Shown one piece after another: positions 19,882 through 29,122 of a stretch of DNA of 64,000 nt. Every line of letters starts with the position of its first letter. Position 1 is the stretch's first letter. The position numbers were made by a program, and so were the translations under genes. The notes under the pieces are model-generated. The model was not told where the DNA came from and did not search any database. It worked only from the letters and a program-made list of their open reading frames with translations. The stretch lies in the IMG/VR virus record IMGVR_UViG_3300033148_006706, positions 32,001-96,000 of that record, one strand, 5' to 3'. The DNA comes from a virus.

Positions 19882-20391
19882 ATGGCTGATGTGAAAAAAA
19901 TCATACAAGACATAGAAAGTAAAGACCTTAGTAGTACAAATAAACAACAAGCTGCTTTTGCTGAAATGATAAAAGGATTAGCTTTTAGTGATGATCCTCT
20001 CGCAAACAAATTTATGAAAAAAGTGGATAAAGCAATTACTAAAATTGCTAAAGATGTATTAAGTAAAGAGGAATCCTTTAGTAAATTTATTACTATTTCA
20101 AAAAGCGTTCATATTCCAGAATCCAATATTATTCTTACCAAAGGAGATAAAATCAGAATTATAGAACAGGATAAATGGATTCAAAAAGCTGTAAAGCACC
20201 CTGGAGCGTTATCTAAAGCCCTTGGTATACCGGAAGAGGAAAATATACCAGCAGCATTACTCAATGCGATTATTAATGCAGAAACCGGAGAGACTATATC
20301 AAATCCAACAAAGGTGGGCAAGTCTAGTATCAAAGTAACTACTGAACTTAAAAGAATGGCTAACTTAGCACGTACCTTAAAAGGGATATAA
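19882..20391 (+). CDS. Two-domain hypothetical protein with internal LTKGDKIRIIE tag
   Basis: GAGGGAG SD; C-terminal KWIQKAVKHPGAL..ANLARTL small phage domain. Confidence 0.85.
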   Translation: MADVKKIIQDIESKDLSSTNKQQAAFAEMIKGLAFSDDPLANKFMKKVDKAITKIAKDVLSKEESFSKFITISKSVHIPESNIILTKGDKIRIIEQDKWIQKAVKHPGALSKALGIPEEENIPAALLNAIINAETGETISNPTKVGKSSIKVTTELKRMANLARTLKGI

Positions 20392-20395
20392 CTTA

Positions 20396-20698
20396 ATGAA
20401 ACAAATTAAAAAAATTTTTCTTTTTATTAAGAAATACTGGTTTGTAGTTGCAACTGTTAGTGGCGTAATAATATTTTTTCTTATTAAATTATTTGCTAAT
20501 ACTTCTGTAAAAAAGAACGAAATAAAGCAAAAAATAGAAGTTATTAAAAAGTCTAATAATGAAACAATTAAAGAAGTAGAAAAAGAAATAAAACAAATGG
20601 ATGAGGAAATAGAACAGATAAAAAAGAATAGACGGGAGGTTATTAAAAATAAAAAAGAGCGAGATAAAAAAGCAAAAAAATATTTTAAGGGAATTTAA
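20396..20698 (+). CDS. N-terminal TM + coiled-coil protein (i-spanin-like, tentative)
   Basis: YWFVVATVSGVIIFFLI TM followed by charged heptads. Confidence 0.6.
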   Translation: MKQIKKIFLFIKKYWFVVATVSGVIIFFLIKLFANTSVKKNEIKQKIEVIKKSNNETIKEVEKEIKQMDEEIEQIKKNRREVIKNKKERDKKAKKYFKGI

Positions 20699-20710
20699 AA
20701 CAAGAATATT

Positions 20711-21211
20711 ATGAAAAAATTTTTATCATTTTTAATGATTTTATATATCTCATTAAATCATCTTACAGCCGAAGAAGTAAAAATAGACCATCCCAACCCT
20801 AATAAAGACCCAATTGTTCTTATTGTCCCCGATACTTACGAGGAGCTTAAAGAAGCCTATATAGAGATGGCAAAATTGTATCTTGGGGAACGATACGATT
20901 TGGAACAGTGCTTATCGGATCAAGAAAAACTTTTTAAAAATTATGATAAAATAAAAGAAGAGGTTATTACTCCTCTTATGGATCAACTTAAAAAGAATGA
21001 AAAAGCTATTAAAGATATAGCAAATAAAAAAGTAAAAATTGAACCATTTCAATTCGGTATATTTCTTCAAACAGGGATAGAACTTAAAAATGAAACAATT
21101 ATCCATACATTCTACGGAATGCCGTACATACAATTATTTCAAACAATAAATGTAGGGGTATTTATTGGATATCCTTTACAGTTAGGAATTGGAGCGGGGG
21201 TACAATTTTAG
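20711..21211 (+). CDS. Secreted coiled-coil protein with C-terminal beta-strands ending in Phe (outer-membrane anchored, tentative)
   Basis: Signal peptide MKKFLSFLMILYISLNHLTA; ends ..LGIGAGVQF. Confidence 0.6.
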   Translation: MKKFLSFLMILYISLNHLTAEEVKIDHPNPNKDPIVLIVPDTYEELKEAYIEMAKLYLGERYDLEQCLSDQEKLFKNYDKIKEEVITPLMDQLKKNEKAIKDIANKKVKIEPFQFGIFLQTGIELKNETIIHTFYGMPYIQLFQTINVGVFIGYPLQLGIGAGVQF

Positions 21212-21448
21212 ATGATTAAGATATTTTCAAAGTATGAAAAATTAAAGGAAATACTTAGTAGATATAATGTCAAAGATTGGAATCGAGTACAGATGCAAAT
21301 ATGGCTTAAATTAGTACAAGATAACATAGTAGAAATGGACGATATGAATAAACTATTCATGTTTGGTCAAATATTTAGTGATTATTTTGATAAATATGGA
21401 AAAATAATTCCTTATGATCTAGTAAAGAAAAAATTATCAGAGGTATAA
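21212..21448 (+). CDS. Small hypothetical protein (MIKIFS..KLKE leader)
   Basis: Abuts upstream stop. Confidence 0.7.
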   Translation: MIKIFSKYEKLKEILSRYNVKDWNRVQMQIWLKLVQDNIVEMDDMNKLFMFGQIFSDYFDKYGKIIPYDLVKKKLSEV

Positions 21449-21452
21449 AATT

Positions 21453-22007
21453 GTGGCTATAACCAGGGGATTCAGAACAGATAGTAGTGGAGTATTTATA
21501 ACGATGACTTGGGCACATGTACTTGCACATAAAGGGGAGGTATTTGAAGTAAATGATTATGATGTAGATGTAGACATAGCAGGGCCTAAATACTGGCATT
21601 TCAAAACAGCAGATGACGATGAAAATGCGGTTCATTTTCGATATGATGTAACTTGTAATGGTGGTGCAATGATAGAGGTCTTTGAAGACTCCACGCTTTC
21701 AAACGACGGCACTTCTCTTACTATATTTAACATGAATAGGCAATCTACTAAAACTTCCAGTCTTCTGACTGCATATTATGATCCTGCTGTTAGCAGTGAC
21801 GGAACAAGACTTACTGTTCATGAAATTGGCAGTACGGGAGGCGGGAGCCGTTTTGCAGGTACAGTACCTGGGTTTCTAGGCGCACTAGAATTTATTCTTA
21901 AATCCAATACCTCGTATTTAATAAAGGTAACAGTACGACAAGACGACTCGACTGTGGGCATGAATGTATTCTTTTATGAATATAACTATACAGACTTAAC
22001 TTCATAA
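21453..22007 (+). CDS. Hypothetical beta-rich virion protein
   Basis: GAGGT SD, GTG start; Ser/Thr/Gly/Asp-rich; precedes tail module. Confidence 0.7.
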   Translation: MAITRGFRTDSSGVFITMTWAHVLAHKGEVFEVNDYDVDVDIAGPKYWHFKTADDDENAVHFRYDVTCNGGAMIEVFEDSTLSNDGTSLTIFNMNRQSTKTSSLLTAYYDPAVSSDGTRLTVHEIGSTGGGSRFAGTVPGFLGALEFILKSNTSYLIKVTVRQDDSTVGMNVFFYEYNYTDLTS

Positions 22008-22018
22008 TTACTAATATA
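22008..22018 (+). promoter_or_regulatory. Putative late promoter (leaderless transcript)
   Basis: TTACTAATATA ends 2 nt before ATG 22021; no SD. Confidence 0.7.
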
Positions 22019-22020
22019 AT

Positions 22021-22725
22021 ATGGCAGTAGTATCATCATATTACTCTGATAAAAATTTTCTGAATATAGCATACGCAATTGATCTTTCTCTAATAAGCCA
22101 TTTCTCATCTATGTTATTTAATAATGATGTTAACAGGGTACAGTATTCTAGCAATGCATACGCCATGAGAAAAAGAAGCGATAATAATAATGGGCGACTA
22201 GATTTACCGTTTTTAAATTTCAAAGCTGTTAGCTATGAACCAGGAGAAAGAGCTTGGTGGAATGCCTCTGCATATACAAAAGGCGTTTATATACCCGAAT
22301 TATCACAAAAAATAAAAATGGCGCCTGTAACAATTGGATATGAAGCATCTATTTGGCTACATAAAGATAGTGATTTACGATACGCCTTTAGTGAACTTAT
22401 CTTTGATGCAGATAATAAAACAATTTTAAATGTTCAACAGGCGACATATATAGATATTAATGGACAAACAGTATCTCTTCCTACAGTATTAAATTATACA
22501 GGGCTTGATTTTGAACCCGAGTACAATGAACAAGACTGGTTAGAACGGAATAATATTCACAGTGCTAGTTTAGATTTTGAGATAGGTACATTTGCTATAA
22601 AATCAAATGATAATATATGTATCCCCGAGAGAGTATTGTTTAACTTTGCTAATACTAAGGATATGAAAAATTATACTTACGATGAAGTATATAACTTTTT
22701 AGTTGAAGATTTAAATAGCAAATGA
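22021..22725 (+). CDS. Tail completion/terminator-like protein (T4 gp15-like, tentative)
   Basis: Directly before sheath; LPFLNF..PVTIGYEASIW pattern. Confidence 0.55.
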   Translation: MAVVSSYYSDKNFLNIAYAIDLSLISHFSSMLFNNDVNRVQYSSNAYAMRKRSDNNNGRLDLPFLNFKAVSYEPGERAWWNASAYTKGVYIPELSQKIKMAPVTIGYEASIWLHKDSDLRYAFSELIFDADNKTILNVQQATYIDINGQTVSLPTVLNYTGLDFEPEYNEQDWLERNNIHSASLDFEIGTFAIKSNDNICIPERVLFNFANTKDMKNYTYDEVYNFLVEDLNSK

Positions 22726-22745
22726 TTAACTTTTTAATAGTTCTT

Positions 22746-22756
22746 TTACTAATATA
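22746..22756 (+). promoter_or_regulatory. Putative late promoter TTACTAATATA
   Basis: Exact motif before sheath gene. Confidence 0.7.
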
Positions 22757-22791
22757 ATGTAATATACGTGAAAAGAAAAGGAGACTAATAT

Positions 22792-24369
22792 ATGGCATTA
22801 TCAAATAGCTGGAGATTAGATGTTCGTGAAATAGATAAATCTAGTACAGTACGCCTTTCTGTGAATACAACGGGTGCAATGGTAATACGAGCATCAAAAG
22901 GGCCTACTAAACCCGTTTTTATAAATCCTAATAAAGAACAGAGAATTATTAATCTTTTGGGTAAACCTTCGGTAAGTTATCCTGATGTACAAGAGGTAAT
23001 AGAATATAATAAGGAAGCCCCGGTGTGGGTTTCAGCTCCCTATGCTGTAAGTGATACTTATGGGGGGGTATTAGTTTCTTCTACTGGAACAGCTCCATTA
23101 GAAAGCGGACTTACTGATTCTGACATAGAAAGCTATACTTTTTCTGAAAGTTCACAATATTTTGTTCTTCTTTCAAGAAGTCCTTATAAAACTGATGACC
23201 TTGCAGTACTTGTAACTCAAACAATATTAAGGGAAAACGAGGCTAATGAGTTAAAAGCATTTGAAATTGAACTTTATCAAAAAGATAAGGGCCTTTGGGA
23301 TTTAAAAAAAGAGTATACGGTATGTTTAGATAGCGAGGGAGTAGACGGATTTGGTAGAGGAATATATATAGAAGATGTTCTAGAAAACGACGATTTTCTT
23401 AAAGTTATAGTAAATGAAAATTATGATACAACGTTGACATTTAATGACGATTCTGAGAAAGTCGAATTTGCTGGAGGCTCTAGGACAGATCCTACGATTG
23501 AAGAGTTGACTGATGGGTGGGATTATTTTAAAAAACCAAGGCAATATGAAGCAAATATTTTTATGGACTGTACAGCTGATGATGGTATTCCATCTATTTT
23601 TAATAATTTACGAAATAATTATCAAAAATATGCGCACTATATTATAAAACTCCCTATGAGCGAGAATGTATCCACGGCTATTTCTACTAAACAAGATTAC
23701 GGAATAGATAACAGGGGATTATCGTTTTCTTGGAATCATGGTAAGGTTAAAAACTTTTATGGCGGATCCTCCTTTTGGACATCTCTTATAGGAAGAGTAG
23801 GTAGAAAATATGCTCAAATGGCGCCCATTTTTAATGGTGGAGCTCCTGCATGGATCGATGAGAATGGATATGGAGGTCAATTAGGCCCGGGAATAGAGGA
23901 AATGGAATTTGACCCTACTGAAACAGAATTGGAACAACTTGATGAGAATGGTATTAATCCTATAATATTAGATCCGGGAGTTGGGGCTTTAATAGTATCA
24001 CAGAGAACTGCCCAATCACCGACCAAACTTTCTGACACTTCTTGGATTGCTCATAGCAGATTGTTCGATTTTATACTTAAGAATATAATAGAACAAGTTC
24101 TAGTACAACAAATTGTGAAACTTAATGATACACAACATAGGCAAATGGCTAAATCTAAAGGCAACACAATTATGGCTTCTATAGCTGCTGAAAATCTAAT
24201 ATCTGATTATGCTATAATTTGTGATGAAACCAATAACACTGATGAAATGTTAGCGCAAAGATATTTTGTATATGATGTAATTCTTAAAGTAACTCCCTAT
24301 TCAGAGCAGATAAGGTTTAACTTTGTTAACATAGGACAAACTGTAGAGGTAAGTGAGTTTGTGGGGTAA
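22792..24369 (+). CDS. Tail sheath protein
   Basis: N-term VREIDKS..KGP; C-term LDENGINPI..QRT..RLF..ICDETNNT..E.I.FNF sheath motifs. Confidence 0.93.
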   Translation: MALSNSWRLDVREIDKSSTVRLSVNTTGAMVIRASKGPTKPVFINPNKEQRIINLLGKPSVSYPDVQEVIEYNKEAPVWVSAPYAVSDTYGGVLVSSTGTAPLESGLTDSDIESYTFSESSQYFVLLSRSPYKTDDLAVLVTQTILRENEANELKAFEIELYQKDKGLWDLKKEYTVCLDSEGVDGFGRGIYIEDVLENDDFLKVIVNENYDTTLTFNDDSEKVEFAGGSRTDPTIEELTDGWDYFKKPRQYEANIFMDCTADDGIPSIFNNLRNNYQKYAHYIIKLPMSENVSTAISTKQDYGIDNRGLSFSWNHGKVKNFYGGSSFWTSLIGRVGRKYAQMAPIFNGGAPAWIDENGYGGQLGPGIEEMEFDPTETELEQLDENGINPIILDPGVGALIVSQRTAQSPTKLSDTSWIAHSRLFDFILKNIIEQVLVQQIVKLNDTQHRQMAKSKGNTIMASIAAENLISDYAIICDETNNTDEMLAQRYFVYDVILKVTPYSEQIRFNFVNIGQTVEVSEFVG

Positions 24370-24374
24370 AATTT

Positions 24375-24385
24375 CTACTAATATA
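24375..24385 (+). promoter_or_regulatory. Putative late promoter variant CTACTAATATA
   Basis: Intergenic between sheath and tube. Confidence 0.65.
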
Positions 24386-24407
24386 AAAGAAAGGAGATTT
24401 AGAAATT

Positions 24408-24926
24408 ATGAGTATAGAACAGCTATATGATTTAGGAGATGATGCTTTACAGAATTTATTTGAAATGACAATAGCTCCTACTCAATATCTATCAGAACTA
24501 GCACCTACTTTATTACGTGTTCAAAATTTAACTATCCCTGCTAGTGGTGCAAATAAATATGAAGTTCATTACAAAACGGTAATGATAGAGAAAATAGGAG
24601 GTAAGCCTGATTCTCCTAAAGAGTTTACTTTTGATATACGAATCGACAGAAATTACTTGGTATATAAAGGTCTTGTTGCTTGGAAGAATGCGGTTAGTAA
24701 TACTAAGACAGGTGTTATGATGCCAGATACCGGTGGGTTAAGAGTCCCTATAACAGTATATCCTGTGACCCCTGAAGGTGATAAAATTACAGGTTTTGGA
24801 GAATGGTTATTTGAAGGGTGTTGCCCCACTAATATAAGTGATATTGGATATGATTATAGCTCGGGAGATCCCATTACGGTAACAGTTACTATGAGTTTTT
24901 TGGCCATGAATGATAACAATTTATAA
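24408..24926 (+). CDS. Tail tube protein (T4 gp19-like)
   Basis: Follows sheath; N.FE..LTIP..W.FEGCCPTNISDIGYDY..TVTMSF pattern. Confidence 0.88.
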   Translation: MSIEQLYDLGDDALQNLFEMTIAPTQYLSELAPTLLRVQNLTIPASGANKYEVHYKTVMIEKIGGKPDSPKEFTFDIRIDRNYLVYKGLVAWKNAVSNTKTGVMMPDTGGLRVPITVYPVTPEGDKITGFGEWLFEGCCPTNISDIGYDYSSGDPITVTVTMSFLAMNDNNL

Positions 24927-24957
24927 TTTTTTAAAGCCTTTCCATATTTTATTTTTT

Positions 24958-24982
24958 ATCCCTCTTTTTTGAGGGATTTTTT
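24958..24982 (+). terminator. Rho-independent terminator
   Basis: ATCCCTC-T6 loop-GAGGGAT followed by T run. Confidence 0.8.
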
Positions 24983-25003
24983 ATTCTCCAAGTAAATGAA
25001 AAA

Positions 25004-25014
25004 TTACTAATATA
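25004..25014 (+). promoter_or_regulatory. Putative late promoter TTACTAATATA
   Basis: Restarts transcription right after terminator; 5 nt before ATG. Confidence 0.72.
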
Positions 25015-25019
25015 ATAGT

Positions 25020-25631
25020 ATGATTCTATTTAATAAATATCTAAGAAAACTTAGAGCACTCGACATTCAAAATCCTAATTTATGGGAATTCTATTTTACT
25101 GATAATCAAGATATTCAATTCAATGTGGTTAGTATGTCTTTACCTTTTAAATCGTTAGAATTAGAAAAACATAATTCCGGATTACAGTATTACAGATCTT
25201 GTTCTTTAGAAGACTCCTTTTCTATTACTTTTAATGAAACCACCGACTTTGCTGTACTTTCTTATCTTAAAAGATGGTTTAATGAAATATACGATGAGGA
25301 AAATAGAGTTTTTAAAAGCGGTGATCATAATAAGATAGGAATAATGAATTTCAGTAAGCATGTGTTTTTTGACATTTTTAGCATTCTAGGCTTACCTGTT
25401 ACACTTAAAGAACTAGAAAAAAATACTCTATCTGTTACATTTTATAATATGCTATTAGCATCTATTGATGCTATTGATTTATCTTACGATAATACATCTG
25501 GAGGATTTACAGTAAGTGCCGAATTTTCTTCTTCAGAAATTCAATTTGATTTCTCTAATATTAAACAACCGTTGTCTGCGGCTATAGAGTCTAGAATTTC
25601 TTCTGGATTATCAAGTATGAGATTAGAATAA
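25020..25631 (+). CDS. Tube-like baseplate/tail-tube initiator (gp54/gp48-like)
   Basis: Tube-fold pattern (SLP..SITFNET..W..IDAIDLSYD..VSAEFS). Confidence 0.7.
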   Translation: MILFNKYLRKLRALDIQNPNLWEFYFTDNQDIQFNVVSMSLPFKSLELEKHNSGLQYYRSCSLEDSFSITFNETTDFAVLSYLKRWFNEIYDEENRVFKSGDHNKIGIMNFSKHVFFDIFSILGLPVTLKELEKNTLSVTFYNMLLASIDAIDLSYDNTSGGFTVSAEFSSSEIQFDFSNIKQPLSAAIESRISSGLSSMRLE

Positions 25632-25645
25632 GGAGATTATAAACC

Positions 25646-26686
25646 ATGAGTGATGAAGTAAAGGATTTCTTTGTTAACGATGAAGAGAATAAACAGCAAG
25701 AGATACAAAAAAGTAAGAAAAAAGATCAAAGATCAGACATCGTACCTAATGACTATATAAAAGTAAAATTAAGTACCTGTGGAAAACTTTCAGCTCCACC
25801 CATTGTTCATGTCAGAGACTATAGCGGGGAGGAGGCTTTTAAGCTTTCGTTGATGAATGATGATAATATGGTAGAAACTATTATTGATGTAATAAATAAT
25901 CTTCTATATGAAGATTTTGATGCTGGGAAATTTCACGAGAGGGAAGTAGAAGAAATTTTACTTAATATTCATGCCAACTTTTGGGATTCTACCATAAGCT
26001 ATAATTATGAACCTACTGAGGAGGAGTTAAACGAATTAAAAGAAAGTGATAGTGAAAAATTAAAGAAAATCCAAAATAGCAATGAGCCCTTAAAAGTAGC
26101 TATTCCTATAACTAATATCGAAACTAAACCGTTGCCCGATAATTTCAGTGAGCCTATTTCTATAAAAGATAAGAATATAAAAGTTCAATTTATACTTCCT
26201 AGAATTGAACATATTCTTGAAACCAGCAAATATCTGCAGACAAAATTTGCCCAGGAAGATCAAAAATTTGCTACTTTAAAACAAATAATAAGCCATAATG
26301 ATAGAATGAAAAGAGAGAGAAAATTTAATGAAATAGAATACATTTCAGAAGATAAAATGCAAGAATATAATAATTATCAAATTAGAAGAACTAGAGAATA
26401 TATATTAATACAGCAATCGCTACTGATTAAAAAAATTAATAATCAAAAATTAATAACAATAAATGAAAAAAGAAAGGCGTATGAACGAATACCTCAGAGA
26501 TTATGGGATGTCCTGGGAAATATACTAAATAAAGACCTGTTTTTTGGCGTACAAAGAGAAGTAAAAGTCAAATCTCCATTAACTAACAAAAAAGTTACTA
26601 GGAGGTTTCAATTTCGATTATTGGATTTTATACCGACCCTGGAGTTACAGGACACTTCAGGATATACTATTTCATTTGGGGAATAG
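25646..26686 (+). CDS. Baseplate hub/tail assembly chaperone (T4 gp26-like)
   Basis: Position before TMP; VRDY..EE..L, FILPR, C-term ..LDF pattern. Confidence 0.65.
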   Translation: MSDEVKDFFVNDEENKQQEIQKSKKKDQRSDIVPNDYIKVKLSTCGKLSAPPIVHVRDYSGEEAFKLSLMNDDNMVETIIDVINNLLYEDFDAGKFHEREVEEILLNIHANFWDSTISYNYEPTEEELNELKESDSEKLKKIQNSNEPLKVAIPITNIETKPLPDNFSEPISIKDKNIKVQFILPRIEHILETSKYLQTKFAQEDQKFATLKQIISHNDRMKRERKFNEIEYISEDKMQEYNNYQIRRTREYILIQQSLLIKKINNQKLITINEKRKAYERIPQRLWDVLGNILNKDLFFGVQREVKVKSPLTNKKVTRRFQFRLLDFIPTLELQDTSGYTISFGE

Positions 26687-26810
26687 TAATTTCAGTGAAA
26701 CATATTTTGATTATATGAGAATGCCAGCTCATATAATTAGAGACAGATTTAAGAAGTGGAAAAAATTAATGGAAAAACAAAACATAAATAATAAAAGGTT
26801 TTCCTTATGA
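26583..26810 (+). CDS. gp51-like/tail chaperone C-terminal ORF without own start (possible frameshift product)
   Basis: +1 frame open 26583-26810: ..YRTLQDILFHLGNSNFSETYFDYMRMPAHIIRDRFKKWKKLME..; stop overlaps TMP start (ATGA). Confidence 0.55.
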   Translation, partial: LTKKLLGGFNFDYWILYRPWSYRTLQDILFHLGNSNFSETYFDYMRMPAHIIRDRFKKWKKLMEKQNINNKRFSL

Positions 26811-29122
26811 GTGATAGTATACCAATTTTAACAAGAAGAGAAGATACTCAAAATTTAGGTACAGAGATAGAGAAGCATCTTTTTGATATATCAGATTCTT
26901 TAGGTAGAGTGAAGGAAAGATTTATACAGCAACAGGAGAGAACAGGAATTATTGTAAAAAATGTTCTAGGCAATATAACAGATAACTTATTTAAAAAAAG
27001 AGAGAAAAAATATGAGATAGTGCCTCCGAATGAAGGACAACTTAAAAAAATGGGGGTCGAGGGCGCCAGTGCTGTATATTTAGGAGAAAAACTAGATGAA
27101 ATAATAAAAGAAGATAAAAAAGAAGAAAGAAGAAAAGATGGAAAGGGACTTTTTACTGGTTTGGGTTTGGGGGCTACTGGGATAGGAGCAGTAGCGGCTA
27201 GATTATTTCCTAGTTTAATGAAAGTTCTCCCTTTAGCTGCAATTGCTGGAGGTATAATTTGGATGGTGGTTGATGGTATTAAAGCTTCAATAAAGGCTGA
27301 AGAATGGGGTGTTAGCAAAATATCCGCTATCCTTGGTGGTGTATTAGGAGGAACGGGTAAAGGATTAGAAAATGCATTTAAAAATGCGGGGAAATTTGCA
27401 TTGCTAGGCGCAGGTATAGGTACACTGATAGCCCCCGGATTAGGTACTATAGCTGGAGGGATTTTAGGCGCTGCTATAGGAGGGATTCTAGGTTTTATAG
27501 GTGGAGAAAAGATAGCTCAAAGCATTGAGAAAATAAAAGAAATAGGCGGCAATGTGTGGGAAAAAGCTAAAGAAATACTCCCCACTCTAATTGATAATAT
27601 ATTTGGTGGCTTAATCGATAGAATTAAAGAAAAAATAGGTTCAATTAAGGAAATATGGAAGGGCGACGACTCAATTGGAAGTAAAATAGGAGAAACCATA
27701 GGACATATTGTAACTTTTGTTCCCGGGGTTATATGGAAGTGGATCTTAGAAGATATTTGGCCTCCTATATGGGAAAAAATAAATGAGTATAAAGATGAGC
27801 TTTTAGGAATAATTATTTCTCCTTTTACAGGAGCCTGGGAGGCAATTCTAGGATGGAGGGAAAGATTTGGGAAAATTTGGAAAGACGAAGATAAAACTAT
27901 TTGGACTAAAATAAAAGAAAGTGCTTTAAATTATATTTCATTTATTCCTCAAATTTTAGGAGGGTTCTTTGGAGGATTGTTTACTTCAGTAAGAAATTTC
28001 TTTAAAAAAGTCTTTGGAAAAGAAGAAGACATAATGAGTGAAAAGGAACAACGTGAAACTTCTAAGGAAACCGGTTCAATGATATTCGATTTATTTAAAA
28101 TTATCACGGGTTTTTTAGGAGATATATTCAAAGGATTTCTTTCGGGTATAAGAAGCGGATTGGGATTAGATAAGGGCTGGTTCCAAGAAAAGATAATTAA
28201 TCCCATAGTACAAACTATTGGGAACTTAATTTCTAAAGCTATAGAAATAAAGGAGAAAGCGGAAAAGTGGATAAAAGATCATATTACTGGGCCTATAGGT
28301 AATTTCTTCGGGGGAATAGGGAAAAGAATTTCAATTTTAATACATGGGGGAACAATAGAAGGAGAAGAATATGAAGGAGTTGTTAACTGGGTAAAAACAC
28401 GGTTTGCAGATCCCATAGTTAAATTTTTTAATAATTTAAAGGATAAAGTCGATGAATATAAAACCAAGATATCAGACTGGGTAACTACGTATATTATTAA
28501 CCCCGTGAAGAATTTTTTCAATATAATAGGTGAATTTTTAGCTAAGGCGCAATTAACTGGTGCTAAGTTTGCCCATCCACTCCAGTTTGGTAAAATAGGA
28601 AGAAACATAGAACAACTCCTGGGGCTAGGTTTAACACATTCACAAATACTTAAATTAACAAGTGCAATAGAAGGCGATATACCCACATCGCTTAAACAAA
28701 TTGTCTCTGAATTACAAAGGTGGTATGGTGTAGAGGCGAAGAGAAGCTACCTTCAAAGAAAATATGGAATAGAAGTAAAAGAAACAGAAAACGCTCAAGA
28801 TGTTATTATTACTCCAGAAGGTAAGCTAATCAGAACTCATCCAGACGATACGCTTATAGCTACTAAAAATCCAGTAGTAAACGTCGATTCTGAATTTGAT
28901 AAAGAAATTTCTAGTGATATTAGAAAATTGGAAAGAGAAACATCTTCTACAATAATAGAACAAAATAATAAGATAATAGATTTGCTTTCCACAATAGCCG
29001 AAAGAACAATAGGAGAACAAAATAATAATGTATTGATTGATAGTAGAGGCGGAGTAGGCAGTGAATTTGATCCATTCTCTTCAATGCAAATTTTTAAAAA
29101 GGGGTTAGCTTATGGCGTATAG
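26807..29122 (+). CDS. Tape measure protein
   Basis: 771 aa, Gly/Ala-rich hydrophobic segments, periodic W/F amphipathic helices, synteny. Confidence 0.85.
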   Translation: MSDSIPILTRREDTQNLGTEIEKHLFDISDSLGRVKERFIQQQERTGIIVKNVLGNITDNLFKKREKKYEIVPPNEGQLKKMGVEGASAVYLGEKLDEIIKEDKKEERRKDGKGLFTGLGLGATGIGAVAARLFPSLMKVLPLAAIAGGIIWMVVDGIKASIKAEEWGVSKISAILGGVLGGTGKGLENAFKNAGKFALLGAGIGTLIAPGLGTIAGGILGAAIGGILGFIGGEKIAQSIEKIKEIGGNVWEKAKEILPTLIDNIFGGLIDRIKEKIGSIKEIWKGDDSIGSKIGETIGHIVTFVPGVIWKWILEDIWPPIWEKINEYKDELLGIIISPFTGAWEAILGWRERFGKIWKDEDKTIWTKIKESALNYISFIPQILGGFFGGLFTSVRNFFKKVFGKEEDIMSEKEQRETSKETGSMIFDLFKIITGFLGDIFKGFLSGIRSGLGLDKGWFQEKIINPIVQTIGNLISKAIEIKEKAEKWIKDHITGPIGNFFGGIGKRISILIHGGTIEGEEYEGVVNWVKTRFADPIVKFFNNLKDKVDEYKTKISDWVTTYIINPVKNFFNIIGEFLAKAQLTGAKFAHPLQFGKIGRNIEQLLGLGLTHSQILKLTSAIEGDIPTSLKQIVSELQRWYGVEAKRSYLQRKYGIEVKETENAQDVIITPEGKLIRTHPDDTLIATKNPVVNVDSEFDKEISSDIRKLERETSSTIIEQNNKIIDLLSTIAERTIGEQNNNVLIDSRGGVGSEFDPFSSMQIFKKGLAYGV

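Noticed and set aside
24828-24837. CACTAATATA inside the tail-tube gene (also ACTAATAT near 26111, 35764, 43911)
   Set aside because: Short-core matches inside coding DNA are expected by chance in AT-rich sequence; not counted as promoters.
26848-29020. Antisense ORFs within the tape measure gene and other long genes
   Set aside because: Fully nested antisense to strong genes, low-complexity translations, no start signals.
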